Positions 50,376 through 61,647 of a stretch of DNA of 64,000 nucleotides are shown here, in pieces. Source of the stretch: Eledone cirrhosa (Eukaryota); the NCBI GenBank assembly GCA_964016885.1, contig OZ024740.1:41726001-41790000 (forward strand), in the 5' to 3' direction. The notes beneath the pieces were generated by a model. That model had not been told where the DNA came from and did not search any database. It saw only the letters and a list, made by a program, of their open reading frames with translations. Both the position numbers and the translations under genes were made by a program. Within the stretch, counting starts at the first letter, position 1. Each line of letters opens with the position of its first letter.

Positions 50376-51219
50376 CTGTAGTAAATAGATCCCAAGAACA
50401 CATAGAACACGGCTAGAGACATTGGTGCAGACGTTGACCCTTAGATTGTCACATTTGGAAAACTACAAACATGTTGACTACAAAAGTGACCATCTATAAG
50501 ATGTGTTAGAAGAGATCCTACTTGTATCTACAGATCCTGATCTCCCCCAATTACTATAGAGTAATTTCAGAGTTGTATACACTTGAATAATGTCAGATGA
50601 GGGCAATTATACTGATGGGTGGCTACATGGGTAGCAGTAATAGCAGAAACATTCTGGCAGTCAGTAGCAAAGTCAATAACAGCATTAGGCAGTTGATGTG
50701 AAAACTGTGACTGTTGTTGTTATTGTGGTTACAGCACTGAGGTTAGCCAGGACAGAAGCAAAGATAAACCAAATCCTCTCATCCTCTTGCAAAGATAAAC
50801 GAAATCTCATCAAAAGCTGACGAGGGAGGATACAAAGAGGCAGAGGTGGATTCCTTCCTCAACACAGAGCAGGTCTGAGGCATCCACATCTAACTTTACT
50901 GTAATTTGTACATATAAAAACAGCCATGATCATATCACAGCTTAAAAAAATTAACAGCGAGACTCATATACCTATACATATCGTATAATATTTTATATAC
51001 ACCCTATGATATAACCACAGAGTACATTATTTGATAGGGAATATAAAAGAGGATGAAAGAAACACTGCACTGATTGAACAGAATGATGGGAGGTGTGGAG
51101 ATAATTCCAAGTACCTATAGGGAATAAATAATTGAAGACCACATAATCACATAAGCATATATACAGCTATGACACGTGGGAGTTTTCATGACTTGGTTAA
51201 GCAATTTCAGAGTACGCAG

Positions 51220-51465
51220 TTTACCGAGGGTGATCGGAGTGGTAGGAGGTCAGGAGAGTTTATATAAGTACAGGATTTTCTCCCCTTAAGAGGAGGTGTT
51301 GATCTTGTTTGTTTGCTTTGTTTACAAAGTTTTAAACTGTTTCAATATATTGTACAACGGTTTTAGCCCACTCACTGATTATTGTATGTACTTACCTCCC
51401 TTTTGTAACCCTTTTGTATAAAAGGGGTTTGGATTGTTTATATGGACACTTGAGGCCAATAAAAC
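51220..51465 (+). mobile_element. Possible isolated LINE 3' UTR/tail fragment
   Basis: G-rich then T-rich sequence ending ...gaggccAATAAAac; similar in composition to the 3' region after ORF2 of the minus-strand copy at 62.8-63.0 kb. No alignment was run. Confidence 0.3.
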
Positions 51466-51490
51466 ATTACTATTAAAATTACTTATATTT

Positions 51491-51683
51491 GACAGAATTG
51501 TTAGCGTCGGAAAAATGCCTTATGGTATTTCTTCAATCTTTCTACGTTCTGAGTTCAAATCCTGTCAAGGTTAGCTTTGCTTTTCATCCTTGCGGGGTCC
51601 ATAAAATAAAGAACTTGTAAGCCACTGCGGTCGATTTAATCGACTTTCCCCTCCCCCAAAAATTGTTGGCCTTGTGTCTAAAT
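51491..51683 (+). mobile_element. tRNA-derived SINE, diverged near-full-length copy (Octopus-type)
   Basis: Pol III B-box-like gaGTTCAAATcc at ~51551; the body (tttcatcctt..ggggtc.ataaaataaag..aattg.tggccttgtg) aligns with the second copy at 63597-63717. Family assignment is from recall. Confidence 0.8.
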
Positions 51684-52516
51684 CTTCTTTAGGCATTTTA
51701 CAGATACTTGCCATGTCATTACCTATGATCTGGGTCTAGAGAACGTAAGTGATTAATTTCTTTTAACTACTTCTTAAGAAAAGTTTGATTTGTACGCCAA
51801 ACTATAAATATTGATTTGTAAGTGTAAAGGTGTGAAGTTGTACAGTAAAGGTGTCAAGAAATCTAAAGGCAAGTAAAATATAATTCAAAGTAGGTGAAGG
51901 CAAATTTTTAGAGTAAGTCACATTAATTTAAAGATACGCTATAGTTATTATTGAAATTATAAGAGCTTTGCAGTATGCCTGCAGCACTAGTTAATACGAT
52001 GTTTTGAATTTCTTGGAGGGATGTTTCACCTGGGATGTTGCTAAAATGTTTTTCACATCTTTTTCTTATCATACCTAAGGCTATTAATATGGTGGGACTG
52101 TTTTCACTCTAAGTTTCCACACATTTTCAAACTCTAAATCTAGATCTTTATTTAATTTTTCAAATTCATTTATCGATATATTTTTCTCATGGTATACACA
52201 TATCAATTAATTTGAAGGTTTTATCTTTCGTGTCTGACGATATATGGTCTATTTTACTGAACTGTGTGTTCTGTGATAACTGGGCAATCCAAAAATATCG
52301 TTACATTATCTCAATCTATTATATAGATGGAGATAATGTGGGGAAGGTTCATACCAAATGGCGGCTATTTTCATTTTCTAGTTGTTGCATAACTTCCAAT
52401 GCATGTATTGGCCTAAACTGACGTGGAGATTATATACTCATTTGGTCGCAAAACATGTATTTTGGGTTTGCACATCTTGTTAGATTTTGGAAAGTCAGGT
52501 ATGATGTGCTATCTAA

Positions 52517-54170
52517 TAGACGAGTTGCAGAAAGGCCCGTCTTACAAACGACGACCATATCTGTTCACCGTTTAAGATGCCGTAGCCTCAGCGTATGTTT
52601 ACGAATCATCAGCTACAGCATACCCAGCACTCCGCTTAGAGCGTGCTGGCAACAGATGGACCTCCTCACCAATGGAACCTGTCCCTTCCACAAAAAGTTG
52701 AAGAGTAGACGATATAATTTGGTACGGTGCGAGCGCGGTAAGGCACGATGGTCAGGCGATAATAGATGACTGAAGCAATGTATGCGTTCGCTACCTCCAC
52801 CCAGCCTTTCTGGAATAGCTTCTTGTCAATCCATTTCTGGTTGTGAGTGGCCACCCTGCTCGTTACCACGTCCCAGTTCTTATCCACCTGGAGGTCTGGT
52901 CTGAATATGACCCCGAGCAACTTTACCGGTCCAGCCGTCCAACGCCCGACGACTATGTTGAAAAGCATGGATTTGCCTCTCCAGGTGCCGTGCTGCAAAC
53001 TCACCGACTTTTTCGGCTTCAGTTTTGCTTTCGTCAATTTTTCATATTCCTCTAAGAAGGTGCTGACAATCTCGATTTCCGAAATGTTCGACACCACCAT
53101 GGTGATGTCCGCATATGCGGACGCAGCCCTTTAACGTCCCGCTTCGATCCGGATGCCCTACAACAGCCCCAGTCACCGCAGTTATGGCTCGAGAGTCAAT
53201 ACGTACAGAAGGGAATAGAGAGGGAACCTTTGACGGACCAATCACGTAATCTGAAACGGTTCAGATAGGTGGTCATTTACTTTTACCATTGAGCAGATGC
53301 AGCTGTGCATTGCAGCGATCCAGCCTCTGAAAGCAGGACCGAAACTAGCTACCTTGAGGACAGACTCCATGTATCGATGGCCGACCCCAAGTTCGATTGA
53401 TCAAAAGTTTCGATTGATCCAAATTGATCATAACCCCACCGAAGCCAAGTTTACTGCTTACACTATCTGATGTATCGCATGAATGTTATCGGTCTTTCTC
53501 TTCACTCAGCATCGGCTGGCGAGTGTCGCAGCAGGCTGTCGAGGTAGGAACTGAAGGCCGCTACCATCTCCGACCAACCGCTTCCCCCGAACATCCGAGC
53601 AAAGTGCTGGCGAAAGGCCATACACATCTGCCTGGAATTGTCCAGCACGCGTTCGCCTTTGTCCGAATCGTTGTTTTGTTACCACTCCGCGCCTCCGCCT
53701 CTTGGGCCCTTCGAACAGCTTTCGTTCTCTCGTTTCTTAGAGCATGCGCCTTAGCTCTGATAATGCAATCTTAACATTTAGCATTGAAGATATGATTTAA
53801 TGCCACTCTCGCCGCTAGCACGTCAGTTGCAATGTCAATACTAATCGCCTCTTCTAATTTAGCTACCAGTTCCCCCTCCTTTCTGTATATTCTATTGCTA
53901 CGTCTAAGCAAAATTCTATTGACACTACTCTTTCTCTTGAGAGAACCTCACCACCTGTCAACGTATACTTAACTAATGTGGTGACCCGGTATCTGTAGGC
54001 TTTACGCGCCGGAAATGATGCATTATGTTTCCAGTAACCAGATCCTTGCCTACATGTTCCATCTATTGAACATGCAGATAACTAATTGGTGATTTGAATA
54101 GGTAACCATTCGGAATTGTGGACAACATATCCTGTCCCTATCTGCTGACCTAACGAAAAACCTATCTATA
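52517..54170 (-). mobile_element. Degenerate Tx1/L1-like LINE ORF2 fragment (endonuclease end, linker, partial RT), same family as the 55.6-60.8 kb element
   Basis: ORF 52666-53100(-) aligns with the plus copy (GTWRGK, GPVKLLGV, PDLQV.KNWD, EVANAYIASVIYYRLT). Upstream lie DRFFVR..DRD, GYWK and INLDQSK remnants. It has stops and frameshifts, YADD is decayed, and an internal deletion near 53483 removes the KSPGLDG-to-IHDNL RT segment. Confidence 0.92.
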
Positions 54171-54303
54171 TCAGGGGTAGGGGAAGCACTTCTGAACTGG
54201 GAGGGATGGGGATATGGTCAATTTAGTTGCAGTGATTAGTTTAGCTCTTTGCACTCTAAAATGGTCAGAAAACTTCGATATGCCATAAACATAACATATA
54301 CAG

Positions 54304-54644
54304 GTATCAATGTTCATCTACAAATACCTAGTTATCTAACGACAGCAACAGTTGACTGATAAAATGACAAGTCAGTCAATCATACTAGTGGCCTCCCCAC
54401 CGCCCCGACGGACAGAATGGAGGTGTTTCCCCAGAGGACGGTAAGGGAGACGCGCTGGAAAAGCCATTCCAACTGGCGAGACTCACACCTGCGGCTGGCC
54501 ATCTCAGCGCCTATGGTGGTGAGTAGGGAGGTAACCCTTGGGTCGAGGACACCAGAAGTCTCCAATGATTAACCGACTCGTCATTTTATCAGTCAACTGT
54601 TGCTGTCGTTAGATAACGAGGTATCTGTAGATGAACGTTGATAC
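54304..54644. mobile_element. Fold-back/MITE-like element with 80-bp inverted arms (54304-54383 and 54565-54644)
   Basis: Arms are reverse complements with 6 mismatches in 80. The direct repeat (AC)ATATACA at 54294-54302 and 54643-54651 may be a target-site duplication. Confidence 0.85.
54384..54565 (-). pseudogene. Fragment resembling the C-terminal restriction-like endonuclease region of a CRE-type non-LTR retrotransposon
   Basis: Translation ETSGVLDPRVTSLLTTIGAEMASRRCESRQLEWLFQRVSLTVLWGN fits the recalled motif ET.G.....A..L...IG.........R...L.QR.S..V..GN. It is GC-rich against AT-rich arms. Confidence 0.6.
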
Positions 54645-54891
54645 ATATACATAAATTGTAGCGCATATCCAAATAGATGTGTTTTAGTAGTTTAGGGAGA
54701 AATATATAATTATTGGGGGATAGCATGGCCGCGCTTCCCCAATTTTCCACCGCCCCAGTATATATATATAATATAAAAAAAATAATGCTCTGTGCCCTTT
54801 CCTAAGTAGTTGATATATCGAGCTTCTTCGCATTTGGTAATAAACTGGTATTATACCCAATTTATTCATCTCATATATATATATATATATA

Positions 54892-54971
54892 TAGAAGTTG
54901 TAACACAACAGTTAGTTCACCATACCGAGAACAACTGTTATGGTGAACTAACTGTTGTGTTACTACTTCTA
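54892..54971. repeat. 80-bp near-perfect hairpin (33-bp arms, 1 mismatch, 14-nt loop)
   Basis: tagaagttgtaacacaacagttagttcaccata - ccgagaacaactgt - tatggtgaactaactgttgtgttactacttcta; begins and ends with TA. Confidence 0.9.
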
Positions 54972-55101
54972 CCAAACTCGTCCCATGGACTGTGTGCTCT
55001 ACCACTACGGATATTACCTTCCAGTATTCTAGCTCTGTCTCTCTCTCTTTCTCACTCTCTCTCTCTCTCTCTATATATATATATTGATTTATTATGGCTA
55101 T

Positions 55102-55211
55102 TGGTGAGCTGTGTTACTTTAAGGTTTCACCTGCGCACTCACAGAATCACCAGTCATGTCATATGATCCTGTAAGTACCCAGGTGAAACTCCAGAGTAAC
55201 AACACTCACCA
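55102..55211. repeat. Older imperfect inverted repeat (~47-bp arms, ~36/47 matching, 14-nt loop), likely a decayed MITE
   Basis: ggtgagctgtgttactttaaggtttcacctgcgcactcacagaatca versus the reverse complement of tgatcctgtaagtacccaggtgaaactccagagtaacaacactcacc. Confidence 0.75.
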
Positions 55212-55764
55212 CTTACTCATAATAAATGAATATTTAAACTCTACTTCGGTACTGAGTTTTCATTCTTACATTCGTCAATGATTCACGTACTCTCAGGTCT
55301 AATTATATTATTTTACATTAAAAAACATTATATACGACAAAAAAAAAACAAAACAACAAACAAACAAAACAAAACAAAAAAAACATTACAAGAAATCTCA
55401 TATTTACGAACGTAAACTGTACAATTACCGATTTCCCAAGCCTCCCATTATCCCCCAAACTCCTATTATTTGGGACCCTCTCTATGTCTACTACACGGCA
55501 CTCTCCTGTTATCCTTTTTTCTATACCTACAACCACCAAATTCTCCACCTCTCTATATCAATTACCACTTGATATAGACGTGATTTACTTTGCTCCGGAT
55601 TTTGCGGATTGTTGTAAAAAAGAACTGTGAGTTTATTGATCAATTTAATAACATTGTTTGGTTTAGCCCCTTGCCTTGGCCGTCAGACGTTAAGTCAACA
55701 AATTTTCGCCCCTTTCTGGGGCGAAATTTTCAATTTTCATTTAAAAACTGTAGACTTGGTGGCA

Positions 55765-57345
55765 ATGGATGCCATTTCCACCTCGCACACTGTCGTGAGT
55801 GCCACGCCCACTAAGAAAAGTGGTGGAGGGAAGGTAGGAGTACAAAGCTTGCAGCTGTCCCCCTTCGCATCATCGAAAAACGTGGAAAATATCGAAACCG
55901 CGAAACCAAATCCGGCAAATAATACCAGCACCAACAACAAGAACAATGACAACAACACCACAACCAACAACTGCAACACCAATATTACCAACAGTGACAG
56001 TAACACGAAAGACAACAACACCAAAACAACATTTGCACAGACCGTAAAAAAAAACGAACTATACACGCCAATAGACATAACAAATGCTAAACAACTATTA
56101 CAAGACGCAAAACAATTCGTGACTTTTGGCGAAATCGGTGCTTTTAGCATCAATTCTCCACAGGAATTACGTAGAGAGGCTGTCCTGAAAACTGTGGTTT
56201 TCAGGACAATATCGAACGTAACAAGAAAACCAGCTCAATTATCACAAAATGAAATTGAGCTGGTTCTAAAAGACGCAATGAAGGACTTAACCTTCATACA
56301 AAAAGGTAAACTGTTTGGTAGCATTTCGGTGCTGATGAACAACCAGTCAACAGCTCACAAGTACTCGATAGCACCCATTGTGTCCCCCCACTTCACCTTT
56401 TACCCCACATACAGGGGAAAAAGGACACAAAGAATAAAAATAATGAGTATCACACCAAATGTAAACATTTGGTGGATACCATGTATTTGGTGGGACCACC
56501 GTAGAAGTTCTGGTGCAAATGAGCCCAGAACGAATAGCGAATATCCCACAACGCGTGCCTCTGGACGGGCTAACTTATATAAACATTTCAGTGGAGGGAA
56601 GGCGGCCGTCATGTTACCACTGCTTAAGCAGGGGTCACCTGAGGGCTGCCTGTCCTCAATTAACGAGTAAAAAAAAAAAGGCTCTTCTGCCAACCCCGAA
56701 CACAACAACACAACCACCACCACCACAACAACACGGAAAAATAACAACACAAAACACTGTTCCACCCAACCCCTCCCCACCTAAAACAAATACAAAAGCA
56801 ACCACAACAAAACCCCAAAATATACCCCTCCCCAACAACACGGAAGAGGACTCCGTATCAACGTCACTCAGTGACGACGAGGGAGAACCCTTTCAACAGG
56901 TGAAAAGGAAAAAAAAAGGCACCACATTAACAAAAATGTCACAAACACACAACCACCAGCACAAACAGAACAAACATCACAAATAAAAAAACCCACCCCT
57001 CCCCAAAACATAACACGTACTATAAAACGCAAACACCCACAAGAACAACAAACAAAAACAAACACAACACAACAAAAACTCTATACATACATTAACAAGA
57101 ACAATAAAACGCTGATGAAAGCGATAGAAAATAACCCTTCGGTGGAAACCGAAGGGATCACTTTCACCTATGCAGCGAACAAACCGCACCTAATGATGAT
57201 TAGGGTCCCAACGGAAACCTATGTAACTTTGAAAAAGAACCATCCAATGCATGTGGGGACCAACTGCACCAAACCACATAACAGCGTCCTATTGAGATGT
57301 CCCCCCCCCACACACCAGACACCCACACCCAACCAAACACCCTAA
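55765..57345 (+). pseudogene. LINE ORF1 (gag-like nucleic-acid-binding protein), frameshifted
   Basis: ATG at 55765, N/T-rich low-complexity segment, CX2CX4HX4C knuckle CYHCLSRGHLRAAC at 56612-56653, then a P/T/K-rich tail. Split across ORFs 55627-56670, 56513-56986 and 57115-57345; the end is uncertain. Confidence 0.8.
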
Positions 57346-57493
57346 TCCCACCACACACTGATGTCCTCGCCCCCACAACCCCCCCACCAACAACCCTTCC
57401 AACACCCCCATGGAAATTGTGCAGCCTGGTCCCCAGGAGACGAAGAGGTAAGTAATTTCCTTTCCTCTTCCTTTTTACCTCTTCAGCACCAAC

Positions 57494-60400
57494 ATGGCCA
57501 ATATAAGAGTTGGATGTGTGAATGCACGCGGCTTGGGGATGTCCTGGAAACAGGGCAAACTCTTAAATGACCTCAGGTCGCACAGCGTGGATGTAATGGT
57601 TATTTGCGAGTCCAGGATCAGCAGCGAGCGCCAACTGGCCCCCATTTTCGACGACTTTGAGATCTACGCATCTTTCTGTCAGCCGAGGGGTGGGGGTGGG
57701 GTTGTCGTTCTGCTGCGAAAATACCTGGGTCTTTCCACACAGAAGGTACACCTGGACCCGGAGGGTCGACTGGTGGTTTTAGACGTCGGCAGTGGTGAAG
57801 GTGGAGCTTTCAGGCTGGTGGCAGCGTATGCCCCATCGGGGACACCGCGACCGGACTTCTTCCGACGCCTGGAGAATTTCCTGGGAACGTCTCGCTCCTT
57901 GCTTTTAGTGGGGGACTGGAATGGTATCCTGGATGCACGTTGGGACTATGTAGGGGAATGTCCCGATAGAGGGGGTGTAACAGCCTCAAACGATTAATCA
58001 GCCGATTTGATCTGGCCGATAGATATCGACTGGATTTTCCGACTGTGCCACGGTGGACGTGAGTAATCGCAGCGGAACATTCAGGTCGTACCTAGATAGG
58101 TTCCTAGTTAGAAATAAGGATAGGGATATATTAAGCTGTCCACGAATGTTCATGGTTGACTATTCGGATCACAAGTTGTTGACCGGAGTGGTCAACCTTG
58201 ATAGAACTCATAGACAGGGACCCGGTTACTGGAAGCTAAACTTGTCTTTACCGACAAACAAAGCTTACAGTAAGCGGATTAGCACACTAGTTAAGCAGCG
58301 TTTGACGGGGGCAATTGTCAACAACAGGTGGTGGGGCTCTCTCAAGAGAGAATTTAGAATAGAATCGATAGGTTTTAGTCGGGAATTAGCATGAGATAGG
58401 AATAGAACTGAAAGGGAATTAACAAATAGAGTAGAAGAGGCGATTAGGAGTAGCAACGTGGCCGGCGTGCTGGCGTCAAGAACGGCCCTAGACCAATTCT
58501 TTGATGCGAAGCACGAGGGTTGCGTTGTCAGGAGTAAAATACGTGCTCTGGGTAACGAGGGAGCCAAAGCTGTTAGCTGGGCCCGAGTGACAGAGGCAAA
58601 AAGTGGAAACAAGTCCACGATTCGGTCTTTGAAGGACCAGGATGGACGCGTGATCCTTGAACCTGAGCGGAGGAGCGCGGCCTTTCAACGGCGCTTTGCT
58701 TGCACGACTGTTCGGGAGGAGCGGCGGGCCGGGTGGGGCCATGGATTTCGCTCCATACCTCGACGGTTTGGCGCGGCTCTCGGACGGGGAGGCGAAGTCC
58801 TGCGAGAGGCCGATTTCAGCCGCTGAAATAGGGGAAGCGCTGAGCCAATGCGGCAAACGCAAATCTCCGGGTCTCGATGGTCTACCATACGAACTTTATG
58901 TAGCGATGCCGGGCTTGTTCTCCGGTCTCCTCGAGGCGGTCTACTGCAACTGGCAACAGAACGGGAGAATTCCCAGTTCTGTGACCAAGGGCGTAGTCAC
59001 GCTGGTGAGGAAGGACGAGAACAAGGGGGATGACATAGATAACTTCAGGCCCATAACTCTGCTAAACACAGAGTTAAAGATTTTGGCCAAGGTGTTAGCG
59101 AAGAGGTTAGCGCTTGTCGTCGGGAACCTGGTGGGAGAAGCGCAGACATGCGCAATCCCGTCCAGGTCCATACACGACAACCTCCACCTCATGCGATACA
59201 TCGTAGAGAGGGTAGGGAACGAACCCGGCTTTGGTGGGGCCCTGATCAACTTGGATCAATCTAAAGCGTTCGATAGGGTTGACCATCTGTACCTGGATGC
59301 GGTGCTCGCGGCGGCAGGCTTCGGACCCGTTTTCAGGGGCTGGATTTCTGCAATGCACAGCAGCAACACCTGCTCGAGGGTCAAGGTGAACGGCTACCTC
59401 TCGGAGCCGTTCCAAATCACGCGATCCATTCGACAGGGATGCCCTCTCTCCTCTCTCCTGTATGTGCTGGCTCTCTAGCCACTACTGAGGAAGCTGGAGC
59501 TGTTGCAGGGCATCCCCTTGGAACCGGGATTGCGGAAAGCGGTGTCGGCCTACGCCGATGACGTGACAGTAATGGTGTCGTGCGCCTCGGAAATCGGGCA
59601 GATCGGCACTTTACTGGAGGAATATGAAAGGTTCACAGGAGCCAAGCTGAACCGGGACAAGTCCGTCGGTTTGCAACTCGGGACGTGGAGGGGCAAAACG
59701 ATGCCCTCCGACGGCATCGTCGGACGCTGAACGGAGGGACCGGTGAAGCTGCTCGGGGTCTGGTTCGGACCGGACCTCCAGGTGGAGAAAAACTGGGACG
59801 AGGTAACGGGCAAGGTGTTTGCACTCGCCCAGAAGTGGGCCGAGTGCAAACTATCCCTGAAAGGTCGAGCGGAGGTGGCGAACGCTTATATAGCGTCCGT
59901 AATCTACTACCGCTTGACCGTCGTGCCTTGCCCAGAGAAAACACTCGCCAAAATGGAGCGCGCGCTCTTCCGATTTCTTTGGAAGAAGCGGGCTCCTTTG
60001 GTGAGAAGATCCATCTGTTGTCAACACCCTTCGAACGGAGGGCTGGGGATGCCGTGGCTACAGATGCGTAGACACGCATTAAGGCTACGGCACCTCCAGG
60101 TATTCCTCACCGGTCAGCCGGTGTGGGCCCTGTTTGTGAGGCGAGCCTTTCCGAGACTCGTCTCACTCACCGAGCTGCAATCCTGGGTCAAGCAAAGACC
60201 GAGAAAAGTGGGCGACTGGCACATTGAATGTGCCCAGGCGCTCACGGCCCTCTGGCAAGCGGATCCGGCAATCAGTGGAGACTCAACCTCAACATTCTAT
60301 AGAGGGTTGGTGCGCAGTAAGTGCGACGACGCTCTCGGAGAGGCTCTGGGCATGGAGGAAGACGAGCTGGCCAGTCTGTTCGGTAGGACGTTTGGCCCGG

Positions 60401-60830
60401 GACCGATGGACAACTTCCAAAAGTCCCTGGCTTGGCAATGTTACCGAGGAGCTCTACCCGTTCGGGACAAGCTCTACAGACACGGGCGCCCGGGTAGGGA
60501 CCCCTCGAAGAAGATCTGTCCAAGATGCGTGCGTGACGAGGAAACCGTCGCACACGCATTCGTACACTGCCCGGGCGTTGCTGAGCTGTGGGGCTATGTA
60601 GAACGACTACTGTCGCGGGTGGGACCAATCCGGTTGAGCACCGAGAACATTGTCACAATCAAACCGCCTCCCCCTTTCAAAAACGAAGGAGAGGCGGTTT
60701 TCCTCTGTGTGATAGCCATGGCGAAAGAAGTTGTATGGTGGACAAGGTCGAAATGGCTGAGGTCAGACACCTATCTCTCCGGCCAACAACTGGTCTTTTT
60801 TTTCAAGTACCACTTTAGAAGAAGGATCAG
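57494..60830 (+). pseudogene. LINE ORF2 (APE endonuclease, reverse transcriptase, C-terminal CCHC finger) with stops and frameshifts
   Basis: APE: VNARGL, GGGGV, AYAP, VGDWN, YLDRFLV, SDHK, GYWKLN. RT: KSPGLDG, FRPITLLN, LDQSKAFDRV, IRQGCPLS, YADD (59551-59562). Finger: CPRC..ETVAHAFVHC (~60516-60570). Stops at 58392, 59476 and 59728; frameshifts near 57980 and 58700. Confidence 0.96.
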
Positions 60831-61213
60831 AAAAGGTGGTGCCAAAACTGCTGAACGATGACCAGAAGGGTCGACGCATGCAAATGTGCCAGGACATCCT
60901 CGAGCGTCTTGAAACCGAACCAGACTTGCTAGGGACAGTCATCACCGGTGATGAGTCATGGATCTTCGAGTACGACCCGGAGGGGACCCGTTTTGAAGAC
61001 GTGGACGACATCAAAAAGGCCGTGACGATGGACCTGTGGAGGATCCCCGAAGAATCCTTCCAGGAGGTGCATGCAAGCGTGGAAGAAAAGGATGGAAAAG
61101 TGCATTAGACTCCAGGGGGATTACTTTGAAGGAGAAAACTCTTAGTGTGAAGTTTGGGTTTGAAATAAATCTTTTGTGACATCAGTCCTGGAACTTTTCT
61201 GACACACCTCGTA
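60831..61213 (+). mobile_element. Mariner transposon remnant: internally deleted transposase plus right TIR and TA
   Basis: VPKLL..QK..R...C (WVPHEL-type linker) and ITGDESWIFEYDPE (first catalytic Asp) join directly at ~60982 to GTRFEDVDDIKKAV...GDYFEG, so the other catalytic residues are deleted. Ends ...gaacttttctgacacacctcg|TA; no left TIR. Confidence 0.92.
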
Positions 61214-61239
61214 CATAAATAAACAAGTACACACACTCA

Positions 61240-61413
61240 TATACACAACACACACACACATATATATATATATATGTATATATATGATTGTGTATAGAAG
61301 ATTATATTAATAAAAGGAATTCCAACTTTGTCTGATTTACTTGTTTTATTTACAATCCTTTAAAATTATAATGATATTATAATGAAATAGTATGGTAGAA
61401 TATTAAGTGTTAA

Positions 61414-61445
<32 letters not shown>

Positions 61446-61468
61446 GTATGTATATATATATATATGTG

Positions 61469-61535
<67 letters not shown>
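61240..61535. repeat. Compound (CA)n/(TA)n microsatellites
   Basis: Runs at ~61248-61285 and ~61414-61535. Confidence 0.95.
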
Positions 61536-61601
61536 TAGAAAGTGAGGTTTTTTTTACAAAATGAAAAATAACCGAGGTGTCCTACACGAGTGAAAGTATA
61601 A

Positions 61602-61647
61602 AGAAAAAGAGATGAAATCGAAAATGCATTTTCGATTTCATCTCTTT

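Larger units (their letters stand above)
55570..60830 (+). mobile_element. Near full-length, inactivated Tx1/L1-clade LINE (ORF1 + APE-RT-CCHC ORF2); 3' end lost, 5' boundary approximate
   Basis: Two-ORF architecture with a gag-type zinc knuckle, APE endonuclease motifs, RT motifs and a C-terminal zinc finger; see component features. Confidence 0.95.

Noticed and set aside
3-50388. Giant ORFs of up to 2,540 aa ((MTHLSIDWC)n, (HDTPVHRLV)n, (SCTSLWTGV)n, (CHAPVYGQV)n) as genes
   Set aside because: The 27-bp unit is a multiple of 3 and its G allele is stop-free in five of six frames, so long overlapping ORFs on both strands are expected. There are no unique domains or gene context. Only the minus QSMDRCVMH frame is kept, as a hypothesis.
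50758-50812. Short direct repeat gcaaagataaac(c/g)aaatc, two copies 31 bp apart
   Set aside because: A small local duplication with no further structure.
51548-51565. tRNA gene suggested by GTTCAAATCC (also at ~63601)
   Set aside because: No cloverleaf; the motif is the B-box-like part of a SINE shared by both copies.
55570-60830. An active or domesticated reverse transcriptase
   Set aside because: At least three in-frame stops and two frameshifts in ORF2, a broken ORF1, and a missing 3' end.
57563-61014. Antisense and alternative-frame ORFs over LINE ORF2 and the mariner remnant
   Set aside because: Shadow ORFs of GC-rich transposon coding sequence with no independent motifs.
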